Of a stretch of DNA of 64,000 nucleotides, positions 9,895-21,551 are shown piece by piece (the first letter of the stretch is position 1; the number at the start of each line of letters is the position of its first letter). The stretch lies in IMG/VR virus record IMGVR_UViG_3300011008_000027, positions 1-64,000 of that record; one strand, written 5' to 3'. The translations under genes and the position numbers were made by a program. The notes beneath the pieces are model-generated. The model searched no databases, had not been told where the DNA came from, and saw nothing but the letters and a program-made list of their open reading frames with translations. The stretch comes from a virus. Lineage: Duplodnaviria; Caudoviricetes.

Positions 9895-11027
9895 CTATTT
9901 ATAAAGTTCATCTACAAGTTTATTGAAATTCGGAAGATTTAATCCAAATCTCTCAAAGATCATTCTTCTCTCTTCTTCTTCATACGTAGTCTTCATATTT
10001 TTTCTAATGTCCATAATACGATAATTAATTTTACACATACTATTCGTACATACAAAACTGGAATACGATTTGTCGTATGTTAACTCGCTGTTGCATTTCG
10101 GACATATTAATGCATCTTCATTGCCGAATCGAGGATACAAATAGCCATACTATTATGTTAATTATCATACGATAATCGCTTCTTAGTTTTCACTAAGTTA
10201 CAGACTATATCTTCAGTATTTCTACTGCCTACCGTTTCGATTTAACTGGGTTTACATTACCTTATTACGGTTTAACACCAGACCATAAACATTTATATGG
10301 TTCTACTCTACTCCCTTATTTATGGTTTCGATAGTCGTTGAACTCATACCTTATCACAATATAAGGTACTTCGCTGCGTCGATTAACTCTATTCTCAACT
10401 TTATTACTATATCTAAGGCTATTAACCTTTGCCATCACAATATTACTATTGTAAATTAGTAGTTGAGACTTAACAAGCACTCCCCGCAATTAGATAGGTT
10501 TAAACTGGACAATGGCATTTATCCAATATCACTAATGTATTATCATCTCTTTTTCCGTAATTTGCAAAATTCTTTGCTGTGGCAAATCCGAGATCTTCGA
10601 ATATATACTCTTTACTTAATTCATCCAACATCTTTTTCAGCTGAGATTCATTCATGAAGAATTCATCCTTATCAAGCAAAGTAACATATTCCATTACATT
10701 AATTAATCCGTTTGATTCATAAGTAATCGCACAAAATTCCTTTAATTCCTGAGATCTGATAAACTCCGTGCAATTATCGACTATTCCTCTTCTATCGAGA
10801 GCTATCTTTATAACATAGAAGCCTCTTTTAAACGCGATTCTATTGGTGCCAGTCCCGAGTTCTTCAAACTCAGGACCAACAATATGAGATACGATATTAG
10901 CTTTATCATTATTATCTTCAATATCGATTCTCAACGCATTATAATATAAACGCTTTATCATCTCTTCTGAAAAGTACTCCATGATTAAAGAACGTACTTG
11001 CACTTCATCATCATCATCAAACACCAT
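9895..11027 (-). CDS. Protein kinase-like enzyme with C-terminal zinc ribbon; spliced, exons 11027-10521 and 10149-9895 (253 aa)
   Basis: ELGTGTNR Gly-loop, VIKIA lysine, EDLG..KNFANYG catalytic-loop-like segment; splicing restores VILD|YGY (DFG-equivalent); CPKC...CTNSMC zinc ribbon. Confidence 0.75.
10150..10520 (-). ncRNA. Group I intron 1 (371 nt, ORF-less) in the kinase gene
   Basis: Core elements AATTGCGGGGA (P), AATCGACGCAGC (Q), GTTCAACGACTA (R), AAGATATAGTCTG (S); P1 TTGGAT/GTCCAG with U-G at the 5' splice site; terminal G at 10150; P10 GCCAT pairs with exon ATGGC. Confidence 0.9.
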
Positions 11028-11046
11028 ACTATTTTACTCCTCCCTT

Positions 11047-12150
11047 TCATTTATTACCGCCCATAAATTCGTCGAATGTGAAATCTAAGAAACTTTCATC
11101 CTGAAGTTTCTTTCCGAATTCGTCCCGTGAGTTCTGTAATAATGATCGCAGTTTATTATCAGACTGCAATCTTCTTTGCTGGGCTTGCATAAGTTTCTTA
11201 TTCTTTTTCTTAAATTTCTTTAGTTCTCGCTTTGTCATTGGTTCCACAATACCGGCTTTAGATGATATAAGTTTAATTGCTTTTCTATCCATACCGGAAT
11301 TATTAATATGATTTCTAACATCATATCCTTCAGCTGCCATAAATTTATAAAGCTCGATGAGATTCTGATCTTTAGCATTACGAGCTTTTCCACTGCTTAC
11401 ATAATATTTCTCTTGATCGAGTGCAGCTTCATCAGCTTCCGTCATAATCGAAGCTTCATACATTCGAGATACAGTTTCCAAGAATGATCTTTCTTCAATC
11501 TTACCGCCATTAGCAATTACGTATTCATCGGTAAAGAAGTCTTTTATTACATCATATCCGGGGTTAAATGCCGTTTTTGTATATAATGAGTTGATACGAT
11601 CTCTCTCGTTGAGTTTCCCTGTTCCAACTCGAACGGCTTTCTTTTCTTTCTTACTCATTAATGACCTTTTCATTTCTAAGTCATTAGTAGTCAATTCGAT
11701 CGGTTTAGACAAGATACTTCGCAATTGGGTCGAATCATCAACTTCATAAACTCTCCTTGAAGGTCTTATTCCCGTCTTAAGAAGAGTCATATTCGTTTTG
11801 GATTTCTTTAATACCGGCATCGGAGGAAGAAAGTCTTCTATATATCCCTCTTTAATTCCTTTTCGTATCGATTTCATTGAAGGATATTTCTCAAGAAGGT
11901 GCTCTATATACTCATCATATATATCGAGAGCATCAAAATACTTGAATATGTCTGAATACTTTCTACGAATTTTCATCGCCTTCAATACATACGGATCATG
12001 CACTTCATCAAAATATCGCTTTTCAATACATAAATCCATATTGAACATCGGTTTCATAAGAAAATCAGGATAATTCAAATTTTCAAAATCTAAACTATCA
12101 TAATTTCCTTGAGAATAAGATTCATTCTCATCACTGAAATTAATCTTCAT
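11047..12150 (-). CDS. Hypothetical protein
   Basis: 367-aa ORF with RBS, likely co-transcribed with the kinase. Confidence 0.65.
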   Translation of the reverse strand: MKINFSDENESYSQGNYDSLDFENLNYPDFLMKPMFNMDLCIEKRYFDEVHDPYVLKAMKIRRKYSDIFKYFDALDIYDEYIEHLLEKYPSMKSIRKGIKEGYIEDFLPPMPVLKKSKTNMTLLKTGIRPSRRVYEVDDSTQLRSILSKPIELTTNDLEMKRSLMSKKEKKAVRVGTGKLNERDRINSLYTKTAFNPGYDVIKDFFTDEYVIANGGKIEERSFLETVSRMYEASIMTEADEAALDQEKYYVSSGKARNAKDQNLIELYKFMAAEGYDVRNHINNSGMDRKAIKLISSKAGIVEPMTKRELKKFKKKNKKLMQAQQRRLQSDNKLRSLLQNSRDEFGKKLQDESFLDFTFDEFMGGNK

Positions 12151-12239
12151 TGCATCACGCTCCCTTTTACTTTACCAAAAAGATCGATAGGAATTAAAAT
12201 GATAAGTTAAAACCATATACATATAATATGTATATAGTC

Positions 12240-12440
12240 TTAACCTATCAAAATATAAATACTAACGATCATCATCACTACAGCAATTACTTGGCATATT
12301 ATTATAAATGCCTTTAACTTCATAAGTCTTCTTTGGAAAGGATGCTCTCTTAAGTTCTTCTTAAGACCAAAGCTAAAGAGAAACATCACTATTCCCCAAA
12401 TAAACAATAAAAGACCTGCTAAGACTGATACAATATTCAT
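12240..12440 (-). CDS. Small two-TM membrane protein
   Basis: 66 aa, two hydrophobic helices, GAAAGGAG RBS, early promoter motif at 12495-12506. Confidence 0.6.
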   Translation of the reverse strand: MNIVSVLAGLLLFIWGIVMFLFSFGLKKNLREHPFQRRLMKLKAFIIICQVIAVVMMIVSIYILIG

Positions 12441-12917
12441 ATCATATTATCTCCTTTCGTTGGTTTTTATATAAACTTACATGAGTTCATAAAAATAATA
12501 TATTTTTATTTTAAGAAGTTAATATATTCTCAATACTATTTCAGGATAGTATTGAGAATAATAATTATATCACTGATACGTTATCAAATTACATGATCAT
12601 ATAAACTTTATATTCAAAGTTATAATGATACCTAATGCTATATAATATATGATATTATTACTTGTGACACAAAAAATGCTTCTTCTTTAAATATGGGACG
12701 TTAAAACGTAATTATTGGGGTATCGAATCCTACTATTGAGAATATTATATACATAATTACGATGAATGCACAAAGTTTAAAAAGAAATCCGATAACGTCT
12801 GCTTCTTCAGGGTCTGAACGCTCAACGTTTGTATATTCCGAACTTTTCTCCATGTCAATTAAACACCTCCATATTTAATTTATAAATATTTTCGGTCATG
12901 ACCTATTGTAATATATA

Positions 12918-13388
12918 TTAAGGTAATTTTAGAGATTCATTATCATCATCAAATAAATCATCTTCATTATAAATATATCTTACATAAAAATCATTAAAAT
13001 TAGCTAAGGTATCTTTATATACTTGAATTAAATATATTGTTAATCTATCAGTCACTTCTCTTATTCTGTCATCATTAGATATATTTTCTTCAGATATAGC
13101 AAGAACCATATAATTTATTGAAGATATATTGATTTCCATATCATCATTAGTTACTATTAATACAATTCCATCTAATGGATCTAAGTACTTAGATTTACAT
13201 ACTATAATAACTACTCTTTCTCCATCTATAAGTTGAATTCGTTTCTTTGAATTCTTAGGAAATGATCTATTGATATTTCTCAATATATCACTTACAGATA
13301 AATCGGTTTCATCTAAATCTATCTCTATAGCATTAAAAAACCTTACGGTTTCCGGAAAGAATTTTCTTAAACGTTCTCTATTATTCAT
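12918..13388 (-). CDS. Hypothetical protein
   Basis: 156-aa ORF, GGGAGGTG RBS. Confidence 0.6.
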   Translation of the reverse strand: MNNRERLRKFFPETVRFFNAIEIDLDETDLSVSDILRNINRSFPKNSKKRIQLIDGERVVIIVCKSKYLDPLDGIVLIVTNDDMEINISSINYMVLAISEENISNDDRIREVTDRLTIYLIQVYKDTLANFNDFYVRYIYNEDDLFDDDNESLKLP

Positions 13389-13452
13389 GAAGGAAATTCA
13401 CCTCCCTATAATGTAACTTCGAATCATTATTACATTATAGAGAGTGATTAAA

Positions 13453-14118
13453 TTATAACTCGACCAATTTAGCAACCTTCTCTGTATCTAAGAAACCATT
13501 ATCAAAAGATGGACTTTCTTTACACAACTGCAAGTATCTATGTATTCTATATTTATAGTCATCATTTAATGAATCTTTATATTTAGCTATAAATCCGGAT
13601 GCATTTCCAATACCTTGCATTACATTAAGAAATATATCTCTATTATGAACACCTTCATGATTTGTTTTTGTTAACATTACTACTTGTACATTCAAATCAA
13701 AATGTTCTTCTAATATGGTATCTGATATTCGAAATGTCGTTATCTTTTTATTTTTTCTTATATAATCATATAGAACGATATTTACATAATCAAATAGAGT
13801 AAACATTGGTCCATGATGCATTTCAATAGTTGCATCGTCAGCTGTTATTTCGGGATTAACTTGACAAAAGTTAATTCCTAATATATTCATTACATAATTC
13901 TCGAATACTTTATAATCCTTTGATGATCGAATCATTCTCTCACAATCTTTTACGAAGGTATTGTAAGATCTTTCATCATCGAAATATTCTATATCTTTAT
14001 ATAGACTTATATTACTGTATTCATCGGCTTCTTCGGAAATCTCTTTAAGGTAATTACCTTTATATACAATATTAGGCATAGACCACATAAATATCACTTC
14101 CCTTCTCATAATTGCCAT
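13453..14118 (-). CDS. HNH-like protein, paralog of 6149..6886
   Basis: CQV...IEMHHGPMFTLFDYV...MLTKTNHEGVH; true start may be the internal MWSMP after a GAAGGGAAGTG RBS. Confidence 0.5.
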   Translation of the reverse strand: MAIMRREVIFMWSMPNIVYKGNYLKEISEEADEYSNISLYKDIEYFDDERSYNTFVKDCERMIRSSKDYKVFENYVMNILGINFCQVNPEITADDATIEMHHGPMFTLFDYVNIVLYDYIRKNKKITTFRISDTILEEHFDLNVQVVMLTKTNHEGVHNRDIFLNVMQGIGNASGFIAKYKDSLNDDYKYRIHRYLQLCKESPSFDNGFLDTEKVAKLVEL

Positions 14119-14145
14119 TATTAAAAGGTTTCAATACTATTGGTA

Positions 14146-15432
14146 TCAGAACAAGCGTCTTCTCGATTTGAAAGAACTACTCGTTTCTTGTACGTTATGC
14201 CTAATTGTGTTGTTTTGTAATTCAAGCTCCTGAGCCTCTAATACAGCAAGATACGATTGCTCTTGTTCCATATTCATGTTATATCGGTTTCCGTTCATTA
14301 CACTAATCATATCTCTATGTAATAAAGAATCCCAATCGAATTTTTTAGCTAAAGAATATATGTCAATTATTGAGTTTATCATACGCTCCTCTATAAATTG
14401 TTGAGATGATTTAGAAGAAAATGAATCAGAGGTATATTTCCTAGTTCCGTATTTATTGGCATTTCGAGCCATATCAGCTTGCATTCTATATTCCTTTTCA
14501 CGTTTCTCTCTCATATTAATATAATCCACTTTATCTACAGAAATAGAAACTTCGGTTCCTTCTATAGATTTTATATATAAGAAAGGATTATCTACACCAT
14601 TTACATATGTATTGTCGTATGTATAGATTTTATTAATATGAGTAAGTATCGGAAGATGGTATTGCGCATCATAACCGTATGAATTATTATTATTTACATT
14701 CATTATATCATATTCCAAATCGGAATCTGCCATACCAATTACATATCGTAAATTTAATTTTTCTTTAGCAATGATAAAATTTTTAAACCCTCCCGAAATT
14801 ATTCCATATGATGGATGTATTTTAACGTACTGATTATTATATGATGGAACAGGTTTACCACTTGAATCTAATATAATATAGAATACTGCATTCGCATCGG
14901 TCAAATCATTATATTTTATTTCAAAGGACTTAATAAATACTGTATCATTTATAATCTTTCTTTCCGGTAATTTTAGAACCGCTCTGAATTCATTATATTG
15001 AGTATCATTAATTTTAGATAAAATATCATATAAGCAACTAATATTGGTTGTATAATGTTTAGTATACAACTCATGCAATTCCGATTCTACACTATATACA
15101 TAGACTCTACCAAATTCATCTTTAGATCCGGGTTTTTCTTTAGAAGGAGTAGTATAAGCATCTTCTTTTATTTCAGTACGAGTTATATCAGTTTCTTCTG
15201 TGCTCGAAGATACATCATTTTTTTCTACTACATCATGGTATTCTTTTATATCTATATTAAGTGGATCTTTAAGTTCATTAGAAATTACTTTAACTAATTC
15301 CGGCACTTCTTTTACATCATTGATAGTCTCTTCCTCGACAGGTATTGCAACTTCTTTTTTAACGTCTTCTTTCTCTATTTCCATAACAGGATGCTTAGTT
15401 TTAGCATAACTCTTATTGTCTATTATTAGCAT
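14146..15432 (-). CDS. Hypothetical protein with acidic N-terminus
   Basis: 428-aa ORF, AAAGGAG RBS. Confidence 0.6.
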   Translation of the reverse strand: MLIIDNKSYAKTKHPVMEIEKEDVKKEVAIPVEEETINDVKEVPELVKVISNELKDPLNIDIKEYHDVVEKNDVSSSTEETDITRTEIKEDAYTTPSKEKPGSKDEFGRVYVYSVESELHELYTKHYTTNISCLYDILSKINDTQYNEFRAVLKLPERKIINDTVFIKSFEIKYNDLTDANAVFYIILDSSGKPVPSYNNQYVKIHPSYGIISGGFKNFIIAKEKLNLRYVIGMADSDLEYDIMNVNNNNSYGYDAQYHLPILTHINKIYTYDNTYVNGVDNPFLYIKSIEGTEVSISVDKVDYINMREKREKEYRMQADMARNANKYGTRKYTSDSFSSKSSQQFIEERMINSIIDIYSLAKKFDWDSLLHRDMISVMNGNRYNMNMEQEQSYLAVLEAQELELQNNTIRHNVQETSSSFKSRRRLF

Positions 15433-15680
15433 ACTTCGTCATCTCCTTTATGATTATTGAATATTTATTATACGGTTTAGACACATTAGATTCAAATGAG
15501 AGAACACACCAACTCTCATTTGAATCTAAAAGCAATAAAATAATAAAGGAATTTTCATGCGTAAATCTAATGAATTACACTTTAACATCATGTTACTATT
15601 AAATAAATTTTTAAATAAATATAATTTAGTGGTATCTTTATGGCTCATAGAAAAAATACATAAAAGGAGATGATGAAATA

Positions 15681-16232
15681 ATGAAACCGGAGAAATATTA
15701 TTTTGGTTATACAACCAAGTTACCAACTAATAATGATCGATTATTAATAGTTGGATCTGATAAGTATCTTACTAAACTATATATTGAGAAAGTAAGAAAC
15801 TTACCTGAAAAATATTACTATATTGAAGAAATCGAATACGATCCAAGAAGAGATGATTACAGGGAAGTTAATGATAATATGGACTATGTAGGTTGCCCAT
15901 ATTATTCGTATTATCTTCCTAGTATCGATGTTAAAAGAATAAAGGAAGATTTCGATAACTTCTTAAATAAGCTTGAAGATACAAATAAGATTAATAAAGA
16001 ATTACTTTATATAGTTTCTAATAACTATAAGAAGGGCGATAGACTTGGTTTATCAAGATCTATATTCGATTATAGTAAACTTTTAGATGAATTTATAGAT
16101 CTTGAGAATATGAGAACTCGTTTAGAGAAAGCTTATATACCAAATCATCCTATATTCACTGATTCGATAGCTATGTATTTTGCAAGACTTGATGAGTATA
16201 GAGAATATAAAGATTTCTCATTTACTCTCTAA
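15681..16232 (+). CDS. Hypothetical protein
   Basis: 183 aa, AAAGGAG RBS. Confidence 0.6.
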   Translation: MKPEKYYFGYTTKLPTNNDRLLIVGSDKYLTKLYIEKVRNLPEKYYYIEEIEYDPRRDDYREVNDNMDYVGCPYYSYYLPSIDVKRIKEDFDNFLNKLEDTNKINKELLYIVSNNYKKGDRLGLSRSIFDYSKLLDEFIDLENMRTRLEKAYIPNHPIFTDSIAMYFARLDEYREYKDFSFTL

Positions 16233-16348
16233 GAGTTAAAAAATGCGGTATAAAGATACTATGGAATTAACCATAGTATCTTTCTTTATTATCCGAATTT
16301 TACCTCCTTTCAAAAATATATTATACTGGTAATATATAATGAAAGGAG

Positions 16349-16555
16349 GTGATTAAAATGGATTTTAGAAATCTCATCAGCGAAGCTGGTGATGCTATTG
16401 CTAGAACCATTGTAACTTACTACAATGCTGGTGATAGTGAATCACTGAATCGCCTATTCAATATGTTGAATGATGATGATCAAAATGCAGTTATAACTGC
16501 ATATGAATCTAATCATTTACATGACTGGAGATATCTCCGATCATTGATGGCTTAA
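16349..16555 (+). CDS. Small hypothetical early protein
   Basis: GAAAGGAGGTG RBS, early promoter motif at 16313-16324, downstream hairpin ~16578-16621. Confidence 0.6.
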   Translation: MIKMDFRNLISEAGDAIARTIVTYYNAGDSESLNRLFNMLNDDDQNAVITAYESNHLHDWRYLRSLMA

Positions 16556-16823
16556 TGCGAGTTAAGCCACAGTAAAAAAGCAGCAATATAATGAATCACA
16601 ATGGTTCATTATATTGCTGTTTAGTGTATATAAAATTTTATTTTTTTCGTATTCATGAAATAATCAAGCATACAAACATTTGTATTAATGGTAAATTATA
16701 GTGTCCCAATAATGTTTCCTATAACAAAGTAAGTTTAAAATAATGGATACTATGACATGAAAACCATTATTATTAAATTTAATAATAATTGTAAAATTAT
16801 TCTCTAGGAAAGGAGGAGAAACT

Positions 16824-17138
16824 ATGGAAAGCGAAGACGTAATGTTCGATTTTAATAGTGCATTTGAAGGTTATCTTTCTTCAGAGCCGAATGATGATCC
16901 CAATGTAACTGAACTCGAAGCATGCGAGGAGTATACCACATCATTTGAGGAAGGATATCAAGCAGCCTTAGAATTCTGCGATCTTCTTAAAAACGCAGAT
17001 ACTGTTTTAGAGAGTATAGAAGGATTTTCTGATGAGGATGAAATAGAAGATTCGCATGCATCTATTTATTTTCGATCACCCCTCAATGATGCGTATAATG
17101 AGGGATACCAGATGGCTCTGAATGATTTTGGTATGTGA
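16824..17138 (+). CDS. Small acidic protein, possible internal head/scaffold protein
   Basis: Repeated AFEGY / FEEGYQ / YNEGYQ motifs, strong RBS. Confidence 0.5.
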   Translation: MESEDVMFDFNSAFEGYLSSEPNDDPNVTELEACEEYTTSFEEGYQAALEFCDLLKNADTVLESIEGFSDEDEIEDSHASIYFRSPLNDAYNEGYQMALNDFGM

Positions 17139-17377
17139 TTGAGATTATACTACTTTAGGAAGTATTTACAATATATTCTATTAATTTAATAATTCACAAG
17201 GTCGATAATATATAAAAATATTACGACTGGGAAGGCTCTAGTTTTTTCTATAACAATAATATTTCGCATCTTCGTGTCTATAGACTTATGTTGGGAAAGT
17301 CTATAGACACATATTATGTACTAAAACAGAATTGTAATAATGAGAACGTATCTTAAAAATAAAGGAGGTAATTAACC

Positions 17378-17869
17378 ATGAAATCTATGTCACTTGGATC
17401 AGTCGGGCTAAATGAGTGGGCGATTCGGTTATTGGATGTAATTAAATCGGTTCGAAAAAATATTCATATAACTAATAAGAGGAATGTTGCATATTTATTC
17501 GTAATGAATATTACAATTATGGCATTTATGACTATGCTCCATGTAGCGTTTTTAAGATTCTCGTTTATTGATACATGCAGCTTATCCATATTATGTCAAG
17601 TTATCGGTTCTTTCTATTCATTGCAACTACAGAAGTTATGTACTACTTATACATATAAACTAGATACCGATATAACGAAACTTACACAAATAATAGATAA
17701 TGGAAACTCCATAAGTTTTGAAGATAAACAAAAAAGTGCCGAAGTTATGAATGCGATACTGAAAGATGCAACTCATTATGTCAGAGTCAATTTATTTATT
17801 GTATTATCATATATATTAATGATAGTTGTATGTTTCGCATCAATTCTTATAATCATATCATCACTCTAA
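17378..17869 (+). CDS. Membrane protein (about 3 TM helices)
   Basis: Hydrophobic segments; AACA-N6-TA promoter at 17325-17336. Confidence 0.55.
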   Translation: MKSMSLGSVGLNEWAIRLLDVIKSVRKNIHITNKRNVAYLFVMNITIMAFMTMLHVAFLRFSFIDTCSLSILCQVIGSFYSLQLQKLCTTYTYKLDTDITKLTQIIDNGNSISFEDKQKSAEVMNAILKDATHYVRVNLFIVLSYILMIVVCFASILIIISSL

Positions 17870-17949
17870 TCCAATATGCCTATGATAAATATGAAAACTA
17901 ATCTATGTTAATATTCTTTCTATACGAATATTAACATAGATTATTTATT

Positions 17950-18624
17950 TTATTGATTTAACACTCCTATACTACGACGTGCATTATCAAATTGATTTTT
18001 CAGGTTATATACTTTATCAAAGAATAATGGTAACATATCCGGTTTACAAAAATAATTAAACGAATTCTTATTTATAGTTAATCCATGGTATTCTTCCGGA
18101 ATACCAATCGGGTTTCCAAGCTGATCTGTATACCATGTAAGTGAAGAATCATCTTTAACATTAACACTAAGGTTATTCAAAAAACCTTCAAACCTGTCAC
18201 TATCAGTTGCTACAGCATCTATATCTAAATCTTCAAAATAATCAGATAACTGCTCTTCTCCGAGATCTCTTAAATAGTTATAAGTTAGTAATGATGATCC
18301 CGATCCTCGTGTTGCTATATTAACCCACCATACATCAGATCTCCGATTAATTTGGTTATTAAATATAGCATTTTTGATTATTACAACTAATACATATTCA
18401 ACCATCATTCGTGGATTATTATTTAATAATGCATATTTAATTTTTCGATTCGGATAAAATATCTTATAGTTCGTAACCATTTCTTTTAGTACATCAGGTG
18501 CATATATACGCTGTTGTGAAAGAATTCCTACGTCTATTTTAACTTTTCTATTATCCTGAATTTTAGAAACCGGTAATTCTCCTTTGGCTGTATTAATTAC
18601 AGATTTACCCGCCATATGTATCAT
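17950..18624 (-). CDS. Hypothetical protein
   Basis: 224-aa ORF with AAGGAG RBS. Confidence 0.6.
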   Translation of the reverse strand: MIHMAGKSVINTAKGELPVSKIQDNRKVKIDVGILSQQRIYAPDVLKEMVTNYKIFYPNRKIKYALLNNNPRMMVEYVLVVIIKNAIFNNQINRRSDVWWVNIATRGSGSSLLTYNYLRDLGEEQLSDYFEDLDIDAVATDSDRFEGFLNNLSVNVKDDSSLTWYTDQLGNPIGIPEEYHGLTINKNSFNYFCKPDMLPLFFDKVYNLKNQFDNARRSIGVLNQ

Positions 18625-18737
18625 CTCCTTTAATGATGTATTTCTATTATTTATTAAAATTTTTGTATCTAAAATTAAATATATATTATAAAAAAGATTT
18701 TACCATTTTAATTTAAGTATATGAAGGAGATGAATAT

Positions 18738-19871
18738 ATGATTTTATTATATAAAAATGGAAAAAGCAAATATATTTCTGATACTAATGATATCACGGGC
18801 ATTATAAACAATAATGTGAAATATGTATTGCTAAATGTCGGGATCGATGATTCTTCTAGATATGTACCAATTAAACCGAAGTATATAATTACAAAATTAG
18901 AAAAATGCACTATTAAATATACTATAGGAGTAATTTCTAATTTCATTGATATAATTTATGGAACAGATGAAGAAGATGCTGATATAATAAAAATAATTGA
19001 TAACGTGATGACTATTGATACAATTGAAAAATTTTATTCGTATTTATTTTCATTTTCAAATATTGATTTTTATAATTTATTATCAGGGAATATGGAATTT
19101 TCATCACTTCCTCCGCTCGATATATACGAATTAGTAATCAATATTATATCTGATAAATACGATAACAAATTTACAGTAGTAAAGAAGGGTTCCGAGGAAT
19201 CGAATGAATATAATGTATGCGAAAAATATTTTATTGATGATTTTGTTAAATTATGTAAAGACCGATTCCATTTATTTGAAGTCTCAGCCGATCTTAATAA
19301 TAATAGTAAAGTTCTTATATTCAATAAAAATAAATCGTGGAGTATACATCATATTAAAAATGACGATGAATCGATCTTATCATCTAATAGAGTCGAATAT
19401 TTTACTGTAGTAGACACAGTATGCGGTTCAGTATTTATGGTAACTCCACTTGAATATTATTTATTTAATGATATAACTTATATTAATTTTATAAATATAA
19501 TTTTTGATAGTGGAACTTATGAAGTAAATACAAATCAATCGGTTGAAAAGATTATAGAATTATATAATGATGCGACTTTAGATTTCATCGGTGCTCTAGA
19601 ACTTGATTTAGGAAAACCGATGGCTGGATTGATTACATTCATTAGTTTATTGAAAATAATAGTTGTAATACATAATACATTTTGGGATAATCAACATGAT
19701 CCATCAAAATTAAGTAATGTATCACAACTAAATATTTCAACGAATGATGAGAAGATGTATACACTAAATTATACTGAAAAAGATTTATATAATTTTAATA
19801 TAAAAACATTTCTATATGACTTTATTAATATTAAAAGGAGAAGTTATTATGAAAATGATAAAATTATGTAA
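18738..19871 (+). CDS. Hypothetical protein, probable tandem paralog of the next gene
   Basis: MILLYKNGK vs MIKLCKNGK N-termini; TPLEYY vs KPLEMYY. Confidence 0.55.
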   Translation: MILLYKNGKSKYISDTNDITGIINNNVKYVLLNVGIDDSSRYVPIKPKYIITKLEKCTIKYTIGVISNFIDIIYGTDEEDADIIKIIDNVMTIDTIEKFYSYLFSFSNIDFYNLLSGNMEFSSLPPLDIYELVINIISDKYDNKFTVVKKGSEESNEYNVCEKYFIDDFVKLCKDRFHLFEVSADLNNNSKVLIFNKNKSWSIHHIKNDDESILSSNRVEYFTVVDTVCGSVFMVTPLEYYLFNDITYINFINIIFDSGTYEVNTNQSVEKIIELYNDATLDFIGALELDLGKPMAGLITFISLLKIIVVIHNTFWDNQHDPSKLSNVSQLNISTNDEKMYTLNYTEKDLYNFNIKTFLYDFINIKRRSYYENDKIM

Positions 19872-20910
19872 AAATGGAAAAGCATATACACAGGAAACAT
19901 TGAAATATGGCTCTAATGAAGAAGTTCTATATACGATAATTAGTACAGAGAACGGTATAAAAGGTCGTACATGTACATTAATCGATACATCAACGTTAAA
20001 TGCATATCTTAATGATGATCAAGATTCGAGTGTGACATGTGAATTCATATTAACAGAAGGCGATATAGATACTCCTATAATTGAATCAAATGATTTTAGT
20101 ACGATACTTAAATATCATTTTAAACCTGAGTCAATGATAGAGTATTTTAACATATATCCATTCATAATCAATCTCATGCGGACTACTGATTATATGATAA
20201 ACAATAATATTGAAGATTTATCTCTTATTGCAAAATCGTTTATAATTAAGCATGGTAAATATCAAAGTTTGTGGAATGAAGATAACTTCGAAGAAGATGA
20301 GTCGCTATCATGTTTAAAAGATTTAAAGACGAGTATTAATTCATCACCATTCGAATACGGAGAATGTATTATATTATTTAAAACAAAGAAGAAACATATA
20401 TACAAATGGATGATAGTCGATGATTATAAAGATGCAATAGAATTAATCGATCGTTACCATCCAAATATGATATATCGTATAATAACATTTTTCGACGTCT
20501 GCGAAGAAGCATATATGCTTAAACCATTGGAAATGTATTATATGTATACTCTCGGATTTTCAATTTCGGTGTATGAGTATGATCCATCGTTAAATTTGCA
20601 AATACTGAATAGCGGGAATTATCGTTTATTAATGGAGCATGAATTTGATGATATGAATCTCGGACCGATTTTGGAAGAATGTAATTATTTATCAAATACG
20701 ATAAATATATATACTCAGATAAAAAATCGTCGTTTGAAAATCCGTATTACAGCTTCTGATAAAAATGATATAGATGAATCGAATTGTATTACATTAACTA
20801 CAGTAATCGAACTTAATGGAAATAAATCAAAACCATTTTCATTATTTGAGTCAATAGTTATATTAATAGATAATTTAACAAAAATTAGAGAAGTGAATTA
20901 TTATGAATGA
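19849..20910 (+). CDS. Hypothetical protein, probable tandem paralog of the previous gene
   Basis: Start moved to the ATG after an AAAAGGAG RBS. Confidence 0.55.
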   Translation: MKMIKLCKNGKAYTQETLKYGSNEEVLYTIISTENGIKGRTCTLIDTSTLNAYLNDDQDSSVTCEFILTEGDIDTPIIESNDFSTILKYHFKPESMIEYFNIYPFIINLMRTTDYMINNNIEDLSLIAKSFIIKHGKYQSLWNEDNFEEDESLSCLKDLKTSINSSPFEYGECIILFKTKKKHIYKWMIVDDYKDAIELIDRYHPNMIYRIITFFDVCEEAYMLKPLEMYYMYTLGFSISVYEYDPSLNLQILNSGNYRLLMEHEFDDMNLGPILEECNYLSNTINIYTQIKNRRLKIRITASDKNDIDESNCITLTTVIELNGNKSKPFSLFESIVILIDNLTKIREVNYYE

Positions 20911-21011
20911 ATATGAAACTGATTATTTGGATAAAATAATATCCGAAATAAATACAGAGATTAAAGACCCTTGCAACTGGAAACAAAAGCATGAGGAAAC
21001 TGTATTAAGAA

Positions 21012-21533
21012 TTGAAGGAAGTGGAATATATGGCAGATATGAATGAAAAAATCTTTGAAAGCCCCCTAAGATTTTTTAACAATCTTAGTATAAAAGATCC
21101 ATATATAATAATGCTTAGAGACAAATACACTTATCTTAAATTTAGATTTAAAGAGATTTCAAAGATAATTTTAAAGTTGTCAATTTGTATATCCATATCC
21201 ACAATTATAAGGGTAGTCATAATGCATGACTACCTTAATTTATTTATTATTCCACTATATATATGGTGGGTATTAAGTACGTTTAGATATACAATGGCAT
21301 CGATACCATTAAACATAATTGATGACTCTTTGAAATCTAGTAAATTTAGATATGACGGAATTAATGATGAAGAAATGTTTAAGTTGTTAAATATAGTATG
21401 GAGCGGTGAAGGTAAACTAGAATTATTTGAGAGATTTATGCACATACCTGCATTTGTTATATACATATACGATTTTGCATGTGTAGTATTATATTTCCAA
21501 CCTATAATAGCAATGCATATTTTTTCAACTTAA
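21012..21533 (+). CDS. Membrane protein
   Basis: Several hydrophobic helices; start uncertain. Confidence 0.5.
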   Translation: MKEVEYMADMNEKIFESPLRFFNNLSIKDPYIIMLRDKYTYLKFRFKEISKIILKLSICISISTIIRVVIMHDYLNLFIIPLYIWWVLSTFRYTMASIPLNIIDDSLKSSKFRYDGINDEEMFKLLNIVWSGEGKLELFERFMHIPAFVIYIYDFACVVLYFQPIIAMHIFST

Positions 21534-21551
21534 AATTCAAAAATATATCAT

